32,000 nucleotides of DNA, from positions 150,001 through 182,000 of the forward strand of contig JBAYVT010000001.1 in assembly GCA_041674405.1 (NCBI GenBank). Reading direction: 5' to 3'. The DNA is from Patescibacteria group bacterium (lineage in GTDB: Bacteria; Patescibacteriota; UBA1384; XYA2-FULL-43-10). A program made the translations under genes and the position numbers. The stretch's first letter is position 1. Each line of letters starts with the position of its first letter. The notes below the pieces were generated by a model. It worked only from the letters and a program-made list of their open reading frames with translations, was not told the origin of the DNA and did not search any database. Positions 1 through 9,100 of this stretch are shown one piece after another.

Positions 1-2529
1 AACAGACAAAACTTCTTTTTCTGAAAAAAGCTTCGGCTCACCGGGCTGATTCACAGAATAAAGGAAGAAGCGGACGACATCGGCGCCAACTTTCTCAAAT
101 TCAGCCATCGGCTCGACAATGTTTCCCTTCGACTTCGACATTTTTTGCCCTTTTTCGTCTAGAATATGTCCTGTCGAGATAACATTTTTAAAACAAGAAT
201 TATTTTTTACAATCGTCGAGATCGCGAGAAGCGTGTAAAACCAGCCTCGGGTTTGATCGATCGCTTCGCAAATGAAATCAGCCGGGTACTGCTCAGCAAA
301 GAGTTCGCTGTTTTCGAATGGATAGTGATATTGGGCGTATGGCATGGAGCCGGAATCGAACCAGACATCCATCACTTCTGGAGTTCGTTTCATCGTTCCG
401 CCGCATTTGCAGGTGAATTCAACCTCATCAACAAATGGTTTGTGAGGATCGAAGGCAGTACCGTCAGAATTTAGATAAAATTTATGAGATAATTCATGAT
501 CAGGGCGTTCGTGTTGGAAGTATCCAGAATAATCCAAGTTCCCTAAAATCATGTTCAATGCACCATTAATGGCCCCGTGTGCAACAATAACGATTGTCTT
601 ACCAGGATATTCTTTTCCAATCTTGGCTAAAAATTCTTTGACCCTTTCTACAACATCAGCTCTCGTTTCCCCCGTGGTGCCAAGCTTAAAATTAAATCTT
701 TGTTCAGGAATTTTCTCAGTCACCAAATAATCTTGAAAATCTTTCCTGTCAAGTCTTTGTTCGGGTGTAAGCTCATTCCATTCGCCGGAGTCCAGCTCAA
801 TGATTCTGTCGTCGAATATCAATTCCGCATCTACATGTTTCTTAACGATTTCTGCGGATTGCTTTGCTCTCAACACCGGAGAAGATATTATTATGTCAAC
901 TTTGTCCTTTATTTTTTTTGCGGTTGTTTCCACCTGAGTCACACCCTTCTCTGTAAGAGGCCATTTATCAAGCGCTTTTGAATCAATATCAAGAATGTTT
1001 CTCTCCGTTTCACCGTGTCGGACAAAGATCAATTTCGTTACCTTAGTATTGCTCTCGTTGAAATCCATAAAATTGCCAACGACTTTTTTCTCGTCACACT
1101 TGTCGCAAGTCCAGACCGGGAGCGGCGTCCCCCAATATCTGTCACGGGAAATTGCCCAGTCATTGATATTTTCGAGCCAATTGCCAAAACGGCCGTGCTT
1201 TAAGTAGGCTGGGTTCCAGTTGATTGTCTCATTATTTTCAAGAAGCTCATCTCGAAGTTTCGACATCGCGATATACCAAGAATCCTTGGCAAAGTAGAGA
1301 AGCGGTGAGTCACAACGCCAGCAGAACGGATAATCATGGGCGAACATCTCTTTTTTAAATAATATTCCACGTTTTTCAAGATCGAGTTTCACTTCTTTGT
1401 CGGCGTCTTTGACAAAGCTTCCTTTGCCAGCGCCGGCAAGCTCCGTCCCCTTTTCATCAACGGTCTTTAAAACCTTGATGCCGTTCTTGCGAAAACCAAA
1501 TTCGTAATCATCCTCACCAAATGCCGGGGCAATGTGGACGATGCCGGTGCCGTCTGAATCGGTGACAAAATCGGCGACAATCAGCTTGTAAACTTTCTCT
1601 CCACCTTCAGAAAATTTATCTCCGTCCGGATAAATCGCTTCGTAATCCGGTTTGTCGGTGAAAGATGGGGCAGCAATTTCCGAACCGGTCAGCTCTTTAA
1701 TGACATTTGCACCAGGCAAAACGGCATCGAGACGGCTTTGCGCAAGTATATACTTCTCTCCGTCTTTTTCTGCCAAAACGTATTTGATATTCGGGCCAAA
1801 TGCTAGAGCGGCGTTGCCTGCGAGCGTCCAAGGCGTTGTCGTCCAGACAAGAAAATACGCATCTTCATGATTTGATTTAACCTTGATATAGACTGATTCC
1901 TCTTCAACATTCTTGTATCCCTGGGCAACCTCATGAGAAGATAACGCCGTACCGCAGCGCGGGCAATATGGCACGACTTTGTGGCCCCTGTAAAGCAAAC
2001 CTCGTTTTTCAGCTTCGGATATCACCCACCAGATCGATTCGATATATTTGGAATCGTAGGTGACATATGGATCTTTCATATCGAGCCAGTAGGCCATGCG
2101 CTCGGTCATCTTTTCCCACTCGGATTTGTAAACAAAAACCGACTCTTTGCAAAGTTTATTGAATTTGGCAACCGAAGCATTTTTGTCGCCCGGAACGATA
2201 TTCTCGATATCGCCCTTGCCAGAAATACCGAGCTCCTTCTCCACCTGAAGCTCTACCGGAAGCCCTTGCGTGTCCCAGCCTGCTTTGCGTCGGACATTGT
2301 AGCCTTGCATAGTTTTATATCGGTTGAAAAGATCTTTGAATGCGCGGTTTAGAACATGATGAATACCAGGCTTGCCGTTGGCTGTCGGCGGTCCTTCATA
2401 GAATACAAAATTGCCTTTCGGGCTATCCTTCCCAAGGCTCTTCTCAAATGTTTTATCCTCTCGCCAAAATTCGAGAATTTTCTTCTCTTCTTCCGGTAAA
2501 TTAAGTTTTGGATCAACCTTTTTGAACAT
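1..2529 (-). CDS. ileS: Isoleucyl-tRNA synthetase, partial (C-terminal part beyond window), with an in-frame histidine phosphatase domain inserted
   Basis: My translation of the - strand from ATG at 2529 ([22 protein letters not shown]...[23 protein letters not shown]...[10 protein letters not shown]...) is open to position 1. It has IleRS-type catalytic motifs, [30 protein letters not shown] and KMSKSKGN. It is not in the ORF track, presumably because it runs off the window. Confidence 0.96.
   Translation of the reverse strand, partial: [843 protein letters not shown]
465..1045 (-). other. RHG/phosphoglycerate-mutase-like histidine phosphatase domain embedded within IleRS
   Basis: In-frame translation gives [14 protein letters not shown]...[18 protein letters not shown]...[14 protein letters not shown]...[17 protein letters not shown]. 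Both catalytic His motifs (RHGE, AHG), the SPxxRAxQSA helix and the Glu region are present. Domain boundaries are approximate. Confidence 0.93.
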
Positions 2530-2850
2530 AAAATGTCCTTAATTTGAAATTTTAACACTGATCTATCACACTGATTAACACTGATATTAAAAAAGACCTA
2601 ACACTATTATAGCGAAAGGCCAATCTTTTTAGTATGTGTTGAACTTTTCACTTTATGCTTTCAACTTTATACTGAACCGATTGAGGTACCAACCTAATCA
2701 TTCTTAATTTTGGCAATTACGCTTGCCATACGGGAAGTTCTATTCACCCTTAGGGTTTTCTTCTCCCAGCTCGTCCGTTGATTGCGGACTTATGCGCTTT
2801 TTTCTTATAAATTATATATAGCACATCGCTCAGATATATTCAATGAGCTA

Positions 2851-2879
2851 TTGACATAACCAATTATTTATGTTACCCT
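2851..2879 (+). promoter_or_regulatory. Putative sigma70-like promoter for the small ORF at 2915
   Basis: TTGACA at 2851-2856, 17-nt spacer, TACCCT at 2874-2879 with an upstream TG. Confidence 0.5.
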
Positions 2880-2914
2880 AAGATAAAGAAAATCGACTGC
2901 TAGGGGGTCTTACC

Positions 2915-3163
2915 ATGTCCAAAGCTAGTCGTATCGTTTGCGGGATCATCGCATGTCTGCTCCTCTACCCGACTTATCGGGTCGGAGCGGTTGCCCTGGA
3001 TTCAATGTACCGTTACTCGCTACTGAGCGAGCTCGACCTGATGAAGATGCCGCAGGTCGACAGATTCATCCTGGAGATGCAGTACGGGTGGCCTTTCCTC
3101 GTGGCCCTGGCCCTTTTCGTAGGAGTCCTGACCTTGGCGTACAAGGCTCTCTCACGTTATTAG
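2915..3163 (+). CDS. Small predicted membrane protein (82 aa, two hydrophobic segments), unknown function
   Basis: ATG preceded by a strong SD-like TAGGGGG, with a promoter-like sequence upstream and a terminator hairpin downstream. Hydrophobic stretches are IVCGIIACLLLYP and WPFLVALALFVGVLTLAY. Markedly GC-rich compared with flanks. Confidence 0.7.
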   Translation: MSKASRIVCGIIACLLLYPTYRVGAVALDSMYRYSLLSELDLMKMPQVDRFILEMQYGWPFLVALALFVGVLTLAYKALSRY

Positions 3164-3200
3164 GGGTTTGAGTCAGATGAATTGGCCACAAGAGCTCGGG

Positions 3201-3230
3201 CGCCCCACTAGTTGGGGCGTTCTTGCTTTA
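3201..3230 (+). terminator. Rho-independent terminator-like hairpin
   Basis: CGCCCCA-CTAGT-TGGGGCG (3201-3219) followed by a T-rich tract, downstream of ORF 2915-3163. Confidence 0.65.
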
Positions 3231-3284
3231 TTATAATCATTTGGGTCCATTGTGATATTATTATTGAAGAGTTAATAGGAAGAT

Positions 3285-3770
3285 GTGGAAATGAATCAAG
3301 AAATCTATTTGAAAATCGGAGTTGTGGTTCTAAACGAAAATGACGAAATTCTTTTGATCAAGGAGAAAGTTGATGAAGAATCAGAACCGGCGCTCAACAT
3401 CATAAAAGGGACTTTTGATAAACCTCACGAAAGTATTATCGATTGCGCCAAGCGAGAATGCTTGGAGGAAGCGGGGCTTGAGGTAGAGTTTCTAGGAGTC
3501 TTGAATATATTGACCATGCAGTCTCGCGGAAAACTCAAAATCCAGTTTAATTTTGTTGCCAGAGCAAACACCGACAAGGTTTCCCTGCCAAAAGAAAGAG
3601 GCCTCCACATTGAAGGAGAAAATATCATTGGAGAATCTTGGTTTACCAACGATCAGATTGCAGATCTAGAACCCAAAGATTTTGTTGCAGATTACACGCT
3701 ACGCATTATCCGAGAATGGATAGAAAATGGTAAAGTATATTCCCTAAATATTTTGGAAGACCAATTTTAA
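3285..3770 (+). CDS. NUDIX hydrolase family protein
   Basis: NUDIX-box-like GTFDKPHESIIDCAKRECLEEAGL, with one extra residue between the box Gly and first Glu. Confidence 0.85.
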   Translation: MEMNQEIYLKIGVVVLNENDEILLIKEKVDEESEPALNIIKGTFDKPHESIIDCAKRECLEEAGLEVEFLGVLNILTMQSRGKLKIQFNFVARANTDKVSLPKERGLHIEGENIIGESWFTNDQIADLEPKDFVADYTLRIIREWIENGKVYSLNILEDQF

Positions 3771-3771
3771 A

Positions 3772-4424
3772 TTATTGCAAATACTTAATTGCAATTTCCG
3801 CGACTTTGTTTGCTTTCATACCATGTTTATATTTTGACTCAAGGAATTCGATCAACTTTTTTTGCTTCTCGTAACCTTCTTCGCGATGACTTGGTAAAAA
3901 TTCGCTAAATTCATAGTTCATCACAAATGTCAGCGCCTCTTTAAAATCGTTAAAACTCTCGTAAGGCAATCCGGCTTTTTTGAACTCCGGAGCAATCAGC
4001 TTATGTGTATAAAAATGTAATATTTCGTGAATAATATTCGAATTTGGATCCGGGCGGCCGAAACATACAAAAAAGTAACCTTGGCCGGTATTATATCCGC
4101 AACAAACATTGAATGTTAAAAAAGCGGTCAAATTGTCCTGCGTTTCATTGGTTTCGAAGAATTCATCAGCTTTTTTAAAAAAAGGTTTTTCAATTTTTCG
4201 CCAATTATTTTCAATCGACTTAGTTTTTTCTGCAATATAGTCTCGTTGGTTCTCAGCATTTTGAGCAAAATATTTTGTCACATCTCTCTCATTATCAGGA
4301 TCAAAACCAGACTCTTTAATTATGTAATAATTCTTCGGCTTTTCATTCGAGAGGTGATTTATCGATCCAAGCGTAGAAAAATAATTTCCGATTTCTCTCT
4401 TTGTTGAATATTTGAAAATTATCA
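3772..4424 (-). CDS. Hypothetical protein with HEXXH-type putative metallopeptidase motif
   Basis: ORF contains NIIHEILHFYTHKLI (HEILH). The likely start is MIIFKYSTKRE at 4424. The track's upstream extension to 4491 overlaps the neighbouring gene. Confidence 0.55.
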
Positions 4425-4426
4425 TT

Positions 4427-5071
4427 CTATACCTCGATGTACTCTTTAAATTTTTCGAGGATGTCTGACAATTTATCTTTTTCAAGATCAATTCGATAAC
4501 CAGGGCGACTGTTTAATTCATCCAGAAGGTCATAGAACTCTTCCTCACCCAAAACTTTCAGCCCCAAGGCATCAATTTCTTTGTCTAGTATTTTATTAGC
4601 GTCAGCAACATTCTCTTCATCAGTCAAGATTTCGGCCTCAAAATAATGTCCCCAATCAGGGACTTCAACAACTGCAAATTCGACTCCACGATACTCGTAG
4701 TCATATTTTGTGTTCGCCATAAGGACATATTTTGTAAATCCGAGGATTTTTAGAAATTCGATAAAATCAGTGAATTTTTTGGTCTCAAATTCAAAATTAT
4801 ATTCTTTTCTGGCATCTTTGCCACTCCATTTGCCATATTTGCATGCTAACTCTGCTTGGCCATTTGTGATACGGATTTTAAGATCGACCGGATCATCTTT
4901 CACTTCGCGAATACTTTTTATGCTTGCGCTTTTTATCATCGAAAAGCGTTTTTTCTTGCCTAAAAAAGTGCCTTCCTTGGAGAGAAAAGAATTTAAATGC
5001 TCAAACTTTTCCGCGGTCAGTAGCCCGCGATGCTCGACTTCCATCTGCGACATATTATTCCTTATGGCCAA
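4427..5071 (-). CDS. CYTH-like domain protein (adenylate cyclase class IV / triphosphatase-like)
   Basis: MEVEHRGLLT near the N-terminus, LKIRITNGQAELACKYGKW, YRGVEFAVVEVPDWGHYFEAEI: alternating charged residues characteristic of the CYTH tunnel fold. The start may be internal. Confidence 0.6.
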   Translation of the reverse strand: MAIRNNMSQMEVEHRGLLTAEKFEHLNSFLSKEGTFLGKKKRFSMIKSASIKSIREVKDDPVDLKIRITNGQAELACKYGKWSGKDARKEYNFEFETKKFTDFIEFLKILGFTKYVLMANTKYDYEYRGVEFAVVEVPDWGHYFEAEILTDEENVADANKILDKEIDALGLKVLGEEEFYDLLDELNSRPGYRIDLEKDKLSDILEKFKEYIEV

Positions 5072-5099
5072 ATTTAAAAAGTAGTATTATTATTTTACT

Positions 5100-6101
5100 A
5101 TGGAAAACAAACTAATTACCAGTCTAAATAAATTTTACAGTTTAGATATTACTCGGATTGTTGCCAAAGCTAAGGGCGGATTTTTGAGTGATAATATGAT
5201 TGTGGCAAACAAAGACCAAAAATTCTTTCTACGCAAATACCGTGACAAATATTCCAGTGATGATATTGCAAGTATACACAAAAGTAAGCAATTTTTCTTC
5301 GAACATGGCATTCCCATAATCATGCCGATTAAAACCGTAAATGGAGACACATTCGTTGAAATTACTGGTAAATTTTATGGATTATTTCCATTTATCGAAG
5401 AAAAAGATATTAACCGAAACAAGCTAAACGACGACGTTTTAATATCAATCGCTCAGATGCAAGCGAAAATGCATCTTTTGAGTAAAGATGGAACGCCAAA
5501 AGTTACTGTAGAATCGAAAAATGTTTGGGATAAAAAAAAATCTTTACAAATGGCAAAGGAATTTGGAAAAATCATTTCACAGAAAAAATTATTAAATGGA
5601 TTTGATCGCTTAGCAAGGAAATTTATTAGGCTAAAGAAGAAAATAATTGAAGAAAATAAATTAAAGTTTGAAGATTTGAACATCAGGTCAGATCACCTGG
5701 TTCATGGTGATTTCCATGCCGGTAATCTGTTTTATGACGATAACGATACGGTAAAATATGTATTCGATCTCGAAAAAACGATTTTCGCGCCACGGGCATT
5801 TGAGCTTGTTAGGTCAATCATATTTATATGTTTCAGTAAGGGCTTTGAAAAGGGCATGGAAAAAGCCGGTTTGTATTTGAAAGCTTATCACAAAATATAT
5901 CCGATCTCGGATTCAGAATTTCGGGCAGGATTTCTCATGAGATATCTTGATATGGCTCATTCTTTCTGGATCGAAGAGCATCATTATCTAAAGAAGTACT
6001 ACAAAACAGATGTTTTATACCGAGACGATTTTATAAAACTAGAATATTTTTCCCGTGATATCAAGGGCGTGATTCGGAGAATATTAAAAAACGCGAAATA
6101 G
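5100..6101 (+). CDS. Aminoglycoside phosphotransferase/choline kinase-like (APH family) protein
   Basis: Kinase-like catalytic motif LVHGDFHAGNLFYDD...KYVFDLEKT, with an N-terminal kinase-like lobe (FFLRKYRDKY). Confidence 0.85.
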   Translation: MENKLITSLNKFYSLDITRIVAKAKGGFLSDNMIVANKDQKFFLRKYRDKYSSDDIASIHKSKQFFFEHGIPIIMPIKTVNGDTFVEITGKFYGLFPFIEEKDINRNKLNDDVLISIAQMQAKMHLLSKDGTPKVTVESKNVWDKKKSLQMAKEFGKIISQKKLLNGFDRLARKFIRLKKKIIEENKLKFEDLNIRSDHLVHGDFHAGNLFYDDNDTVKYVFDLEKTIFAPRAFELVRSIIFICFSKGFEKGMEKAGLYLKAYHKIYPISDSEFRAGFLMRYLDMAHSFWIEEHHYLKKYYKTDVLYRDDFIKLEYFSRDIKGVIRRILKNAK

Positions 6102-6109
6102 CGAAATAG

Positions 6110-9100
6110 CTAAATCACGATATTTACAATTTTTCCAGGTACGACGATTACTTTTTTAATCTCTTTGCCAGTAATAAATGCGCTGACTTTTTCACTATTT
6201 TTAGCAGCTTCCTCGAGGGCAGTTTTTTCAATATCTTTATCTACTTCGATGACATCGCGAAGTTTGCCATTGACCTGAATGGCAATTTTGATCTTATCGT
6301 CGCCTTTCAAGCTTTCATCAAATTTCGGCCAAGCTGAATTTGAAACCAAACCCTCGTTGCCGAGCTTTTCCCATAATTCTTCGGCCAAATGAGGAGCAGC
6401 CGGTGCTAGAAGCTGGCAGAATACACCAAATGATTTTTTACTAATTTCTTTCTCGGCCGACATAAGATTGTTGAAAGTCATAAGTTTGGCAACATAAGTA
6501 TTCAAGTTGAATCGCTCAAGATCGTTCTCAACAGCAAAGACTAATTTATTTACAGCAACTGCAAGATTATCACTATCAACTTTACCAGAGACTTTGTCCG
6601 AGTTTTCCCAAACTTTATTAAGAAATCTTGAAACGCCAGATAAGCCGTCCATGTTCCAGGCGGATTCTTTATCATACGGCCCGATGAACATAATGTAGGT
6701 GCGAAGCGCATCGGCACCATAGCGCTTCACAACATCATCCGGATTGACCACATTCCCCCGCGATTTGCTCATTTTTTGGTTGTCCGCGCCAAGTATGATC
6801 CCGTGAGCGATTCGTTTGTTATATGGCTCAAGCGTTGGCACTTTGCCAAGATCATATAGAAATTTGTGCCAAAAACGCGAATACAAAAGGTGCAAAGTTG
6901 TATGTTCGTTGCCGCCATTGTAAAGATCAACCGGCATCCAATATTTCAATTCTTTGACTGATGCTGAGAAAATGTCTTCGCTTGATTCATAATTCTTGAT
7001 TCTTGATTCTTGATTCATTGCGTAAGCGATGAAGTACCACGATGATCCCGCCCAGTTTGGCATCGTATCGGTCTCGCGCTTGGCGGGGCCGCCGCACTTC
7101 GGGCAGGTTGTATTTACCCAGTCGGTAATTGCGGCAAGCGGGGACTCACCGGTATCGGTCGGCTCATACTTTTCAACCTCCGGTAAAGTAAGTGGTAAAT
7201 CTTTCTCATCCATCGGCACAGTCCCGCACTTCTCGCAGTGGATGATAGGGATCGGCTCGCCCCAGTAGTGCTGGCGGGAAAATATCCAGTCACGAAGCTT
7301 GAAATTGACTGCGAAATCCCCGGCACCCATTTCCTTGAGCTTCTCGGTTATTTTCTTTTTACCTTCTTCTGATGTTAACCCATCAAACTCTTTGGAATTG
7401 GCAAGAACGCCATATTCCTCAAATGAATGTGCTGGATTATGAAAGCGGTCACGGACAATTTCATGCTCTATCGGCAGGACATATCCTTTGATATTCTCAA
7501 TTTCATCCCAATCCGCCCAGAACGGTTCGCTTTCCTCTGCCTCTTCTTTGGATAACGGCTCCTGCTCCTCATCAAGCAACTCGAAAGCCAAAGGATAATA
7601 TGTAGCTTTTCTATTCACATTTTTGTGAGTTGCATGGAAATGGACTTCCATCGGGCCGCCTAAGTTTCGAACGAATTTGACGTTCTTGTAACCGGTTTCT
7701 TCTAAAATCTCGCGCTTGGCGGTATCAACGATTGATTCACCTGGCTCAATGCCGCCGATAACCAACCCGATCCAAGGAAACTTCTTCCACTTAAGGGCTA
7801 GAACTTTGTTATTTTTGGGATTTATTACCACGGCATAAACCTGCTTTCGCTCGACTGTCTCTACGCCATCGATTGGCGGATCATTTTTATCAATTAGTTT
7901 AGGAATGATAACTTCCTTGATTGGAATATTGTATTTTTCGGCAAATTCAAAATCCCTCTGGTCGTGCGCAGGCACCGCCATCACGGCACCGGTTCCATAG
8001 GTTGCGAGAACATAATCAGCAATCCACACAGAAACTTCCTCGCCGTTTATCGGATTTATAGCTTTAATTCCTTTTAATTCCACTCCAGTCTTGTCTTTGG
8101 CAAGCTCAGTCCTGTCCATATCTGACTTTTTCTTCGCATTTTCAATATAGTTTTCCACATCTTTGACATTTGATATTTGATCTTTGATTTTGTCAACGAG
8201 TTCGTGTTCCGGCGCTAATACTATATATGTCACGCCGAAAAGCGTATCCGCGCGAGTAGTGTAGACCTTGATAATATTATCATTTAAGGATTCCAGAAAC
8301 TTGGCTCTTTCAAGATCATTTTTTCCGGCTCTGCGTTCTTTTTGGGCGGTAATCTTATAACAATTTGCCAGCCATTTTGCATCGGGAACTAAAAATTCAT
8401 GCCCGTCCAGTTCTTTTATAGTATCTCCCAGATCATGATCAAGTGTCCCAATCTCAATGTTGAAATCATCAGTACGAAAGACGCAAACCTGAAATTTTCC
8501 GTTGTCCTTATCTTCAATTTTACTGTAACCAAGTTCAGAAAAGATTTTTTTGCTTTCATCAAAATCTTTGGCCAAAACTCCCAAATCAACATCTGCAGGA
8601 TTTTCAAAAATATTTCCGCAATATCCAGCAACTGCAAAAGTACCATTAACCCAGAGTTTGATATTGCGCTTTTTAAATTCTGAATTGATCCTATCAATCG
8701 CTTCAAGCATTTTATTTGTTTTGTCAGAAATATTGGCATTCCCAAGATCAACTTTTTCTGAAGTTTGCTCCGCTTCGGTTGAAATGACAATTTTAAAATC
8801 AATTTCCGTTCCCTCGGATCGGCCAATCCAGTTTATCTGCTGGGTTTTGATATTCTCAAGATAATCAACGGTATCGAGATCCTTGATCAATCTATCTGCA
8901 TAGGCTGTGATACGGAGCATCCATTGCTTCTGTTTGCGTTTTTCTGTCTGCGCGCCGCAGCGTTCACAATTTCCGCCGATCACCTCTTCGTTGGCGAGGA
9001 TGATTTTGCATGATGGGCACCAGTTAACTGGCATCTCGGCCTGAAATGCCAAGCGTGGAGTTTCTTTGTCGTCATCGGCAACTTCGACAAGCTTGCCGTT

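Noticed and set aside
465-1045. The phosphatase region of ileS as an assembly chimera or an intein
   Set aside because: The frame is continuous on both sides at a plausible loop, catalytic motifs are intact, and no intein splice motifs were seen. Read-level confirmation is still desirable.
166-1207. Several + strand ORFs of 62-102 aa in the track (166-474, 700-981, 995-1207, 1015-1203)
   Set aside because: They are antisense shadows of the long, motif-rich IleRS frame on the - strand.
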